32,000 nucleotides of DNA, taken from the NCBI RefSeq assembly GCF_000021865.1, contig NC_014034.1:2430001-2462000 (forward strand). The letters run 5' to 3'. Source of the DNA: Rhodobacter capsulatus SB 1003 (lineage in GTDB: Bacteria; Pseudomonadota; Alphaproteobacteria; Rhodobacterales; Rhodobacteraceae). Below are positions 15,598-25,748 of the stretch, piece after piece. The notes below the pieces were generated by a model that was given only the letters and a program-made list of their open reading frames with translations, ran no database searches and was not told where the DNA came from. The stretch's first letter is position 1. Every line of letters starts with the position of its first letter. A program made the translations under genes and the position numbers.

Positions 15598-16563
15598 TTG
15601 ACGGACAGCTTTTTCAGCCCGGTTTCGGGCCTTGATCTGCCGCGCTTTGCCGGCGTGCCCAGCTTCATGCGCCTGCCGCATGTGCCCCTTGATCACCCCC
15701 GTTTAGCCGAGGTGCAGATCGGTCTGATCGGCGCGCCCTGGGATGGCGGCACGACGAACCGCCCCGGGCCGCGGCACGGGCCGCGCCAGCTGCGCGATGC
15801 CTCGACGATGATCCGGGCGGTGAACGGCGCAACCCGGGTGGCGCCCTTCGATCTGGCCCGCTGCGCCGATCTGGGCGATGTGGCGCCCAATCCGGGCGAT
15901 CTGATGGACAGCCTTGCGCGGATCGAGGCGTTTTATGATCGCGTCGTCGCGGCGGGCATCCGGCCGCTGACGGCGGGGGGGGACCATCTGTGCACGCTGC
16001 CGATCCTGCGCGCGCTGGCAAAGGCGCGTCCGGTCGGGCTGATCCAGTTCGACAGCCACAGCGACCTGAACGACGTCTATTTCGGCACCGCCCGCTACAC
16101 CCATGGCACCCCCTTCCGCCGCGCGGTGGAAGAGGGGCTGATCGATCCGAGCCGCTATTGCCTGATCGGCCTGCGCGGCACCGCTTTCGGCCACGAGGAT
16201 CTGGATTTCGCCGCCGCGACCGGCATCCGCATCATTCCGGTGGCCGAGCTGCATGCCCGCGGCGCGGCCGAGGTGATGGCCGAAGCGCGGGCGATCGCGG
16301 GCAGCGGGCCGACCTATGTCACCTATGACATCGATTTCGTCGATCCGGCTTTCGCGCCCGGCACCGGCACGCCCGAAGTGGGCGGCCCGACCTCCTGGAC
16401 GGCGCTGGAGGTGGCGCGGGGGCTGCGCGGGCTCGACATTATCGGCGCCGATCTGGTCGAGGTCTCGCCGCCCTTCGATCCGGCGGGCAACACCGCCTGG
16501 CTGGGCGTCAACCTGATGTTCGAAATGCTCTGCGTCCTTGCCGAGCGGATCGCCAGCGCCTGA
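15598..16563 (+). CDS. Agmatinase/guanidino-acid hydrolase (arginase/ureohydrolase family)
   Basis: Mn-ligand motifs GGDHLCTLP, FDSHSDLND and TYDIDFVDPAFAPGTGTPEVGG, plus VEVSP. The TTG start is preceded by CAGGAGA. The substrate (agmatine vs guanidinobutyrate/-propionate etc.) cannot be decided by eye. Confidence 0.9.
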   Translation: MTDSFFSPVSGLDLPRFAGVPSFMRLPHVPLDHPRLAEVQIGLIGAPWDGGTTNRPGPRHGPRQLRDASTMIRAVNGATRVAPFDLARCADLGDVAPNPGDLMDSLARIEAFYDRVVAAGIRPLTAGGDHLCTLPILRALAKARPVGLIQFDSHSDLNDVYFGTARYTHGTPFRRAVEEGLIDPSRYCLIGLRGTAFGHEDLDFAAATGIRIIPVAELHARGAAEVMAEARAIAGSGPTYVTYDIDFVDPAFAPGTGTPEVGGPTSWTALEVARGLRGLDIIGADLVEVSPPFDPAGNTAWLGVNLMFEMLCVLAERIASA

Positions 16564-16620
16564 CCGGGCGGATCACCGACAGGCGAGGTCCCGCCGGGGC
16601 CCGCTATGCCGCAGCCCGGC

Positions 16621-17487
16621 TCAGACCTCGGCCAGCGCCCGCAACAGCTGCTGCGCGCGCGCCCGCAGCGGCGTGTCGCGGCGATAAAAGGCGCGCAGCG
16701 GCAGCGTCGGCACATGCTCGATCGGGCGGGTGACAAGCCCCGTCGTCAGCAGGCTTTCGGCGGTCATCGCGTCGATGATGCCGATGCCGCCGCAGGCGGT
16801 GATCATGTGGCAGACGGTCGAGCTGTAGGGCACCTGACAGGCCAGCCGATAGGGCAGCCCCTCGGCCCGGAACACCCGGCGGATCACGGCGCCCATGGGC
16901 GACCAGTCCGGATCGAAGCCGACCAGCGGCTGATCGCGGAAATCCCCGACCACCAGCGAGGCCCGCGCCGCCAGCGGATGATCGGGCAGCATCACCGCGA
17001 CCAGAGCCACGTCGCCCAGCGTCTCCTCGGCCAGATCGGGGCGGGGCGGCACCGCCAGCTGCATGCCGATATCGGCCCGCCCCCGGCCGACGTCCTCCTC
17101 GGGCTCGCCCACCCACAGCCGCAGCGACCGCGCCCAGCCGCGATAGCCCGCCCGCGCCAGCCGCGGCGCCAGATAGCCCTCGACCACCGCGGGCGTGGCC
17201 GAGATCGTGACCGGGCGGCTCTGATCGCCGCGGATCGCCTCGATCCGGGCGCGAATGTCCTTTTGCGCGGCAAAGACGGCACCGGTCTGGGCATAAAGCT
17301 CCAGCGCCTCGGCCGAGGGTTCCAGCCGGTTGCCCCGGCGCTGAAACAGCAAAAACCCCAGACGGCTTTCCAGCCGCTTCAGCCGGTCGCTGATCGCGGG
17401 CTGCGACAGGCCCAGCACGCGGGCCGTCTCGGTCGTGGTGCCGACCCGCATCAGCGTGCCGAAAAGCTCGATTTCCGCCAGATCCAT
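16621..17487 (-). CDS. LysR-family transcriptional regulator
   Basis: N-terminal HTH MDLAEIELFGTLMRVGTTTETARVLGLSQPAISDRLKRLESRLGFLLFQR, then a substrate-binding domain. I prefer the MDL start (17487) over the track start 17523. It is divergent from the hydrolase-pip-opp genes. Confidence 0.85.
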   Translation of the reverse strand: MDLAEIELFGTLMRVGTTTETARVLGLSQPAISDRLKRLESRLGFLLFQRRGNRLEPSAEALELYAQTGAVFAAQKDIRARIEAIRGDQSRPVTISATPAVVEGYLAPRLARAGYRGWARSLRLWVGEPEEDVGRGRADIGMQLAVPPRPDLAEETLGDVALVAVMLPDHPLAARASLVVGDFRDQPLVGFDPDWSPMGAVIRRVFRAEGLPYRLACQVPYSSTVCHMITACGGIGIIDAMTAESLLTTGLVTRPIEHVPTLPLRAFYRRDTPLRARAQQLLRALAEV

Positions 17488-17585
17488 TATCAGTTTTCCG
17501 ATACTACCTCGATTATTTCTCATTATCCCGATTACGCCCCAGGCTCTAGCCTGATCGCGACAGAGCCAGGACAGGAGCGGATTCG

Positions 17586-18509
17586 GTGTTCTTTGATCCC
17601 GACAACGATTGGTCGCAGCGCGCGGCCCGGGTGGTGGCAGAACTGCCCGCGCGGTTTGCGGCCGACGGGCTGCGGGCGGACAATCACGCCGTCGTCGCGC
17701 TCCGCGAGGAGGGCCGCGCCCGCCCCAGCGGTTACGCCCATCGTGGCGACTGGGGCTGCTACCCCTGTTCGCTGGTGAAAAGCTTTCATCTGGTGCATGC
17801 GCTCGCCGCGCTCGACGCGGGGTGGCTTGCCCCCCATCCCGAACTCGACCGGGCGCTGCGGGACATGATCCTGTGGTCCTCGAACACGGCGACGAATTAC
17901 GTGATCGACCTGTTGACCGGGACCACGGGCGACACCCTTCTGGACGGCGCCGCGCTGGCCGACTGGATGGCCGCGCGCGAGGGGCTGAACCGCTGGTTCG
18001 ACAGTCTGAACTGGCCCGAGATGGCGGGCTGCAACCTGACGCAAAAGCTGATGGATGACACCCGCTATGGCCGCGAGGCGCAATTTGCGGCGCAGCGGGG
18101 CGGTTATCTGAACCGGCTCACGCCGCTGGCCACGGCGCGGCTGATGGCGGCGCTCTTTGACGGTTCCCTGCCGCTTTCGCCCGCCGCAACGGCCCGGGCG
18201 CAGGCGCTTTTGGCGCGCGATCCGCAGGGGCCGGAGGCCGCCAATCCGAACTATCAGCTGTCGGAATATCTGGGCGGGCAGATGCCCGCGGGGGTGCGGA
18301 TCTGGTCGAAGGCCGGGCACAATCTCTGGACCGGCGATCCCAAGGCCTCGTGGTTCAAGCATGACATGATCCGGCTGGCCGCGCCGGGGCAAAAGCCCTT
18401 GATCTTCGTTCTGATGACCCAGGGCGAGCGGCTGGCGAATGAAGTGCCCGACGCCTTCCCGCGCATCGGCCGGTTCCTGTTCGACGCCCTGAGCGGTTCG
18501 GGCGCATGA
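17586..18509 (+). CDS. Serine hydrolase, class A beta-lactamase/penicillin-binding fold, no signal peptide
   Basis: SxxK (CSLVKSF), SxN (WSSNTA) and KxG (SKAGHN) motifs occur in canonical order and spacing. The N-terminus MFFDPDNDWSQRAARV is not hydrophobic. The GTG start lies 8 nt after AGGAG. Confidence 0.7.
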   Translation: MFFDPDNDWSQRAARVVAELPARFAADGLRADNHAVVALREEGRARPSGYAHRGDWGCYPCSLVKSFHLVHALAALDAGWLAPHPELDRALRDMILWSSNTATNYVIDLLTGTTGDTLLDGAALADWMAAREGLNRWFDSLNWPEMAGCNLTQKLMDDTRYGREAQFAAQRGGYLNRLTPLATARLMAALFDGSLPLSPAATARAQALLARDPQGPEAANPNYQLSEYLGGQMPAGVRIWSKAGHNLWTGDPKASWFKHDMIRLAAPGQKPLIFVLMTQGERLANEVPDAFPRIGRFLFDALSGSGA

Positions 18510-19525
18510 CCCCATCGCTGCGGCCGCTTTTCCCCGAGATTACCCCGCGCAAGACCGGGCGGCTGCGCGTCTCGGCGCTGCACGAGATCCACTATGAAGA
18601 CTGCGGCAATCCCGCGGGCCAGCCGGTCCTGATCCTGCATGGCGGTCCGGGGGCGGGCATCGCGCCGTTTTTGCGCCGCAGCCACGATCCGGCGCGCTAT
18701 CGGATTGTGCTCGCCGATCAGCGCGGCGCGGGGCAATCGACGCCACCAGGCGAGCTGAGGGAAAACACCACCGCCGATCTGGTCGCCGATATCGAGGCGC
18801 TGCGGGACCATCTGGGCATCGCGCGCTGGCAGATCGTCGGCGGTTCCTGGGGCTCGACGCTGGCGCTGGCCTATGGGCTGGCCCATCCCGGGCGGATCAC
18901 TGGGATGATCCTGCGCGGCATCTTCACCGGGCGGCGGGTGGAACTGGACTGGTTTTACCAGCACGGCGCCGGGATGATCCTGCCCGAGGCCTTTGCCGCC
19001 TATCGCGCCCTGATCCCGGCGGCGGAACAGGAGGCGATGATCGCCGCCTATCACCGCCGCCTGACCGGCCCCGCGGGCCCTGAACGCCTCGCCGCGGCCA
19101 AGGCCTGGGCCGATTGGGAAGAAGCCGCGCTGCGGCTGATCCCGCGCCCCGCCGCCCCCGAAGACCCGCAGGAGACCGAGGCCTTTGCCCGGATCGAATG
19201 CCATTACTTCGCGAACGGCTGCTTCTTTCCGACCGATGGCTGGCTTCTGGATCAGGTCCGCGCCTCTGCCGCCCTGCGCGCCGTTCCCTGCCACATCCTT
19301 CAGGGCCGCTACGATCTGGTCACCCCCGCCGCCACCGCGCTGGCGCTGGCAAAGGCCTGGCCCGAGGCCACCCTGACCCTTGTTCCCGATGCCGGACATT
19401 CCGGCACCGAACCCGGCATCGCCGATGCGATGGTGCGTGCCGCCACCGCCCTTGCCGATCAAGACCCGCGCCAAGACGGGTCCTCCCTGCCCTCCCCACA
19501 GTCCACAGAGGAAACCCCCGCATGA
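18506..19525 (+). CDS. pip: Prolyl aminopeptidase (proline iminopeptidase), alpha/beta hydrolase
   Basis: PEITPRKTGRLRVSALHEIHYEDCGNPAGQPVLILHGGPG..., DQRGAGQS, and the nucleophile elbow GGSWGSTLAL. ATGA overlap with the upstream hydrolase gene. Confidence 0.9.
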   Translation: MTPSLRPLFPEITPRKTGRLRVSALHEIHYEDCGNPAGQPVLILHGGPGAGIAPFLRRSHDPARYRIVLADQRGAGQSTPPGELRENTTADLVADIEALRDHLGIARWQIVGGSWGSTLALAYGLAHPGRITGMILRGIFTGRRVELDWFYQHGAGMILPEAFAAYRALIPAAEQEAMIAAYHRRLTGPAGPERLAAAKAWADWEEAALRLIPRPAAPEDPQETEAFARIECHYFANGCFFPTDGWLLDQVRASAALRAVPCHILQGRYDLVTPAATALALAKAWPEATLTLVPDAGHSGTEPGIADAMVRAATALADQDPRQDGSSLPSPQSTEETPA

Positions 19526-21105
19526 CCCTTCGCTTCAAGTCCCTGCTCACCGCCGCCTCGCTGATCGCGCTCATGGCGGGTGGCGCTTTGGCCGAAACCG
19601 TGCTTGACCGCGGCAACAACGGCGACCCGGAAACGCTGGATCCGCACAAGAATTCGACCATCCCCGAGGCGAACCTGATGCGCGATCTCTTCATGGGTCT
19701 GACCATGCATGACGGCGCGGCCAATCTGATCCCCGGCGCGGCGGAAAGCTGGAGCGTGTCGGAAGATGGCAAGGTCTGGACCTTCAAGCTGCGCCCCGGG
19801 GCGCTCTGGTCGGATGGCACGCCCGTGACCGCCGCGGATTTCGTCTGGTCCTGGCAGCGCGTGGTGTCGCCCGCCACCGCGGCGGAATATGCCTATATGC
19901 TGGCGCCGGTGCTGAATGCCGAGGCGATCACCAAAGGCGAGAAACCGGCAGCCGATCTGGGCGTGCGGGCTGTTGACGCGACGACGCTGGAGGTCACGCT
20001 GAAAGCGCCGACCCCCTATTTTCTGGAAATGCTGACGCATCAGGCGACCTATCCGCTGCAGCGCGCGGACGTCGAGAAATTCGGCGCCGATTTCACCAAG
20101 CCCGGCAATCTGGTGTCGAACGGCGCCTATGTGCTCGACAGTTTCGTGCCGAATGATCACATCTCGCTGGTGAAGAACCCGACGTTTTACGACGCCGAAC
20201 ATGTCGCCTTTGACCGGGTGAATTTCTACCCGACCGAGGATGCCACCGCCGCCGTGCGCCGCTTCGAGGCGGGCGAGCTTGACATGATGCTTGATTTCCC
20301 GGCCGAGCAGACCGCGGCGCTGAAGCAGACGCTCGGCGAGCGGGTCAAGATCGGCCCGACGCTCGCCACCTATTACTACGGCTTCAAGCTCGACAAGGCG
20401 CCGTGGTCGGAGCTGGAGATCCGCAAGGCGGTCTCGATGGCGATCGACCGCGACTATCTGGCCGAGGAAGTCTGGCAGAACACGATGATCCCCGCCACCA
20501 CGCTGGTGCCCCCGGGCATCGCGGGCTATGCCGTCACGCCCCCCGATTGGGCCGGGCTGAGCCAGATCGACCGCGAGGATCAGGCCCGCGCGATCCTGGC
20601 GCGTCACGGCTACACCGAGGCGAACCCGCTGAAGATGGAAATCCGCTTCAACACCAATGAAAACAACGCCAATACCGCCGTCGCGCTGCAGGAACTGCTC
20701 AAACCGATGGGGATCGCGGTGACGATGGTCAACCTTGATATCGCCGCCCATTACGCGCATCTCGAACAAAAGGGCGATTTCGACGCCGCCCGGGCGGCCT
20801 GGTTTGCGGACTACAAGGACCCGGAAAACTTCCTGTCGCTGTGCACGACGGGCGCGGGCAACAACTATTCGCTTTACTCCAACGCCGAATATGACGCGAT
20901 GCTGCAGGCCGCCTCGGTCGAACCGGATGCGGCCAAGCGGATGGAGCTGCTGGCGAAAGCCGAAGAAAAGGGCGTGATCGAGGATCAATGCGTGATGCCC
21001 CTGATGTTCTACAGCTACCGCGGCCTGGTCTCGGACAAGCTCGCGGGCTGGCAGGCCAACAGCCTTGACGTGCATCCGAGCCGCTTCCTGTCCCCGGCCG
21101 AATGA
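19522..21105 (+). CDS. oppA: Oligopeptide ABC transporter substrate-binding protein (family 5, OppA/MppA-like)
   Basis: Sec signal MTLRFKSLLTAASLIALMAGGALA. NNGDPETLDPHK...ESWSVSEDGKVWTFKLRPGALWSDGTPVTAADFVWSWQR closely parallels E. coli OppA as remembered. The ATG at 19522 overlaps the pip stop (ATGA). The track ORF start at 19114 is an upstream run-on. Confidence 0.9.
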   Translation: MTLRFKSLLTAASLIALMAGGALAETVLDRGNNGDPETLDPHKNSTIPEANLMRDLFMGLTMHDGAANLIPGAAESWSVSEDGKVWTFKLRPGALWSDGTPVTAADFVWSWQRVVSPATAAEYAYMLAPVLNAEAITKGEKPAADLGVRAVDATTLEVTLKAPTPYFLEMLTHQATYPLQRADVEKFGADFTKPGNLVSNGAYVLDSFVPNDHISLVKNPTFYDAEHVAFDRVNFYPTEDATAAVRRFEAGELDMMLDFPAEQTAALKQTLGERVKIGPTLATYYYGFKLDKAPWSELEIRKAVSMAIDRDYLAEEVWQNTMIPATTLVPPGIAGYAVTPPDWAGLSQIDREDQARAILARHGYTEANPLKMEIRFNTNENNANTAVALQELLKPMGIAVTMVNLDIAAHYAHLEQKGDFDAARAAWFADYKDPENFLSLCTTGAGNNYSLYSNAEYDAMLQAASVEPDAAKRMELLAKAEEKGVIEDQCVMPLMFYSYRGLVSDKLAGWQANSLDVHPSRFLSPAE

Positions 21106-21116
21106 TCCCCCGTCCC

Positions 21117-21136
21117 GGCCGGGCTTTCGCCTGGCC
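21117..21136 (+). promoter_or_regulatory. Intercistronic stem-loop after oppA
   Basis: ggccgggc-tttc-gcctggcc forms an 8-bp stem with one G.U pair, starting 12 nt after the oppA stop. The 12-mer ggccgggctttc occurs again at 21133-21144. Confidence 0.35.
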
Positions 21137-21162
21137 GGGCTTTCCTGCACAAGGCCGGGACC

Positions 21163-22086
21163 ATGACACGTTTCATCCTGCGACGTCTGCTGACCGCGAT
21201 CCCGACGCTCTTTCTGATCGTCACGATCTCCTTTTTCCTGATGCGCGTCGCCCCCGGCGGCCCGTTCAATCAGGAAAAGGGGCTCAACCCCGCGGTGATC
21301 GAGAACCTCAAGCGCGTCTATCAGCTCGATCAGCCGCTCTGGAGCCAGTATCTGCATTACCTGTCCAATCTGCTGCACGGCGATCTGGGGCCAAGCTACA
21401 CCCGGCCCGATTTCACCGTGACCGAGATGTTCGCGACCGCTTTGCCGATCTCGATCCAGATCGGCACGATGGCGCTTTTGCTGGCGCTGACGATCGGCTC
21501 GGTTCTGGGCATCATCGCGGCGCTGAACCAGAACCGCGGGCTGGATTATCTTGTCGTCGCCACCGCCACGGCGGGCAGCACCATCCCGACCTTCGTCATC
21601 GCGCCGCTTTACCAGCTGACCTTCGCGCTCTCGCTCAGCCTCGTGCCGGTCGCGGGCTGGGGCGGCGGGGCGCTGGTGAACAAGATCGGCCCGGTGCTGA
21701 CCCTGATGCTGCCGCAACTGGCCGTCGTCGCCCGGCTGATGCGCGGCGCGATGATCGAGGCTTTGCGCGCCCATCACATCCGCACCTGCCGCGCCATGGG
21801 GCTTTCGGAATTTTCCGTCGTCGGGCGGCACGCGCTTCGCTCGGCGGTGATGCCGATCATCTCCTATGCCGGGCCGGCGGCGGCCTCGCTTCTGACCGGA
21901 TCGGTGATCGTCGAGACCGTCTTCGGCATTCCCGGCATCGGGCGCTATTTCGTCGAGGCGGCGCTGGCGCGCGATTACACCGTCGTCATGGGCACGGTCG
22001 TCGTGCTGGCCGCTTTCACCATTCTTTTCAACCTGATCGTCGATCTGCTTTATGCCATCGTCGATCCGCGGGTGCGCCATGACTGA
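21163..22086 (+). CDS. oppB: Oligopeptide ABC transporter permease OppB
   Basis: MTRFILRRLLTAIPTLFLIVTISFFLMRVAPGGPF...HGDLGPSY parallels E. coli OppB. Six TM segments. Confidence 0.9.
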   Translation: MTRFILRRLLTAIPTLFLIVTISFFLMRVAPGGPFNQEKGLNPAVIENLKRVYQLDQPLWSQYLHYLSNLLHGDLGPSYTRPDFTVTEMFATALPISIQIGTMALLLALTIGSVLGIIAALNQNRGLDYLVVATATAGSTIPTFVIAPLYQLTFALSLSLVPVAGWGGGALVNKIGPVLTLMLPQLAVVARLMRGAMIEALRAHHIRTCRAMGLSEFSVVGRHALRSAVMPIISYAGPAAASLLTGSVIVETVFGIPGIGRYFVEAALARDYTVVMGTVVVLAAFTILFNLIVDLLYAIVDPRVRHD

Positions 22087-23188
22087 GACTGCCCCCCTGG
22101 CCCCCGGCCGCTCGCTCTGGTCCGACGCCTGGGCGCGGCTGCGGGCGAACCGCGCCGCCAGCCTTTCGGCGCTTTACCTGCTCTTGATGGCGCTTTGCTG
22201 CGGCATCGGGCCGTTTCTGGTGCCGAACGATTACACCACGATCCACCAAAGCTACACCAAGGTGCCGCCGCGGCTCTCCGCCTATCCGACGCCCGAGATG
22301 ATCGGCCCGGCGCTCGATCAGGTGGCCAAACGCGCCCGGGTCGAGATCCGCGGCTGGCAGCAAACCGGGGCCGAGATCACCGCGACGCTGACCGCCCCGC
22401 GCGGCGTCGATGACCGCGCCGCACGCTATTTCGACCGCTCCGACCTCTTCGACGGCGCCAGGATCACCCCGGGCAGCGACACCGGCACCGCCACCCTGAC
22501 CGCCACGGTGGAACGGAAATGGTTCCTTTTTGGCACCGATGCGAATGGCCGCGACCTGCTGGCCCGGACGCTGGTGGCCGGTCGCGTCTCGCTCGCCATC
22601 GGCCTCATGGCCGGGTTGGTCGCGGTGGTGATCGGGGTGCTTTACGGCGCCACCTCGGGCTTCATCGGCGGCAAGGTGGACGAGGCGATGATGCGCGTCG
22701 TCGACATCCTGTATTCGCTGCCCTTCATCTTCTTCGTGATCATGCTGGTCGTCTTTTTCGGGCGCAATTTCCTGCTGACCTTCCTCGCCGTCGGCGCGGT
22801 GATGTGGCTTGACATGGCGCGGATCGTGCGCGGGCAGACGCTGGCCCTGAAACGGCTTGAATTCGTGCAGGCGGCCGAGGCCTTGGGGGTCAGCCGCGCG
22901 GGCATCCTGCGCCGTCACATCCTGCCCAACCTTCTGGGCCCCGTCATCATCTACATGACGCTTCTGGTGCCGACCGTGATCATCATGGAAAGCTTCCTGT
23001 CCTATCTGGGCCTTGGCGTGCAAGAGCCGATGTCCTCCTGGGGGGTGCTGATCTCGCAGGGCGCGAAGAACATCCCGCATGCGAACTGGCTTCTGGCCTT
23101 TCCGGCGCTGTTCCTGATTTCCACCCTTTTCGCGCTGAACTTCATTGGCGACGGGCTGCGCGACGCCCTCGACCCGCGGGACCGCTGA
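22079..23188 (+). CDS. oppC: Oligopeptide ABC transporter permease OppC, with an enlarged first periplasmic loop
   Basis: GRSLWSDAWARLRANRAA..., FGTDANGRDLLART..., WLDMARIVRGQTL..., FIGDGLRDALDPRDR. The ATG at 22079 overlaps the oppB end (ATGACTGA). Confidence 0.9.
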   Translation: MTETAPLAPGRSLWSDAWARLRANRAASLSALYLLLMALCCGIGPFLVPNDYTTIHQSYTKVPPRLSAYPTPEMIGPALDQVAKRARVEIRGWQQTGAEITATLTAPRGVDDRAARYFDRSDLFDGARITPGSDTGTATLTATVERKWFLFGTDANGRDLLARTLVAGRVSLAIGLMAGLVAVVIGVLYGATSGFIGGKVDEAMMRVVDILYSLPFIFFVIMLVVFFGRNFLLTFLAVGAVMWLDMARIVRGQTLALKRLEFVQAAEALGVSRAGILRRHILPNLLGPVIIYMTLLVPTVIIMESFLSYLGLGVQEPMSSWGVLISQGAKNIPHANWLLAFPALFLISTLFALNFIGDGLRDALDPRDR

Positions 23189-23189
23189 G

Positions 23190-24782
<1,593 letters not shown>

Positions 24783-24857
24783 GGCGGAACCGGGGCGGCG
24801 GCCCGAAAGCGGCCGGGGAACAGGCTGCGCCCTCCGGGCCTGGCCGTGGGCCCCGGT

Positions 24858-25748
24858 TCAGCCGCGCCGGGGCTGCAATTCGCCGCGGTAATAAAGCGCG
24901 GCCACATGCGTCGCCTCGGTGAAGAACAGCCAGCGCGAGAGCGCGATCCCGCACAGATGCACGCCAAGCGCAAACCCGGGCGCCAGCCCCCAAAGCAGCA
25001 GACCCGCGGGGGCGACCCCGGCCAGAAGCACGGCAAGGCCGCGCCAGAGCGGCGATCCGGCCGCGCCGGAGCGATCGACCAGTTCCCGGGTGACGAAACT
25101 CGGCCCGCTGCGCGGCAACTCGAAGCTGCGCACCTCGGCCCCCCCGCCCAGCCCCCCGCCCAGCCCCCCGCCAAGCCCCGTCGCCCAGGCCCGCGTCAGG
25201 CCAAGGGCGGCGATGCGGCGATCCCCAAGCCCGAAGAAGGCGGCGAGAGCTGCGCCAAGCGCCAGACAGGCAAGCGCGGAGATCCCGGGCGGGGCGATCA
25301 GGAAACTGCCCCCCGTCGCGGCACAGGCAAGATAGAGCAGCGGCACCGACCCGTGATGCCAGCGCGGCACCGCACGCAGGCTGGCATAGATCATCGCGGT
25401 CGCGACCACCGTGGCAAGGCAGAGCAGCGCCCCCAACATGCCGAAAAGACGCAGATCCGGCCCGCCCAGCAGCGCCGACACCGCGGGCGGCGCCAGAACG
25501 ACAAGCGCCGCGACCGCCCCCCAGGCCTCGCGCGAGAGCCAGCTTGTACGCCAGCGCCGGAACGCGAAACGGGCGCGCAAGGGATGCGCCAGATGGAAGG
25601 CCGAGGCGGTCAGACCGGCAAGGACCAGCCCGTAGCCCGCCAGCCAGGCGCCTGGCCCCGCGCCAAGCCCAAGGCCCGCGGCCGCCAATGTGCCGAAGCC
25701 CGCGCCCGAAAGCGTGGTGAACAGGATCACCGAGGGGGCCGCGCGCAT
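24858..25748 (-). CDS. DmsC/YnfH-type molybdoenzyme membrane anchor subunit (SoeC-like)
   Basis: Polytopic hydrophobic protein (about 8 segments). N-terminus PSVILFTTLSGAGFG and WLSREAW are typical of DmsC-type anchors. Its start shares 1 nt with the ferredoxin-subunit stop (TGATG). Confidence 0.65.
   Translation of the reverse strand: MRAAPSVILFTTLSGAGFGTLAAAGLGLGAGPGAWLAGYGLVLAGLTASAFHLAHPLRARFAFRRWRTSWLSREAWGAVAALVVLAPPAVSALLGGPDLRLFGMLGALLCLATVVATAMIYASLRAVPRWHHGSVPLLYLACAATGGSFLIAPPGISALACLALGAALAAFFGLGDRRIAALGLTRAWATGLGGGLGGGLGGGAEVRSFELPRSGPSFVTRELVDRSGAAGSPLWRGLAVLLAGVAPAGLLLWGLAPGFALGVHLCGIALSRWLFFTEATHVAALYYRGELQPRRG
25141..25176. repeat. In-frame 12-nt x3 tandem repeat inside the anchor-subunit gene
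   Basis: The repeat reads cccccgcccagc | cccccgcccagc | cccccgccaagc. It encodes GLGGGLGGGLGG on the minus strand. Confidence 0.9.

Noticed and set aside
17488-17585. A LysR T-N11-A box in the LysR/hydrolase divergent spacer
   Set aside because: ATC-N8-GAT (17490-17503 region), repeated ATTATC/GATTAT words and an AGGCT-ct-AGCCT dyad are present. None has the exact ATC-N9-GAT spacing. The region is plausible as an operator but is not callable from sequence alone.
24783-24857. Rho-independent terminator between the convergent ATPase and anchor-subunit genes
   Set aside because: The spacer is GC-rich with several short complementary runs (e.g. ccggggc ... gccccgg about 55 nt apart). I could not find a compact stem-loop with a U-tract by eye, so it needs a folding program.
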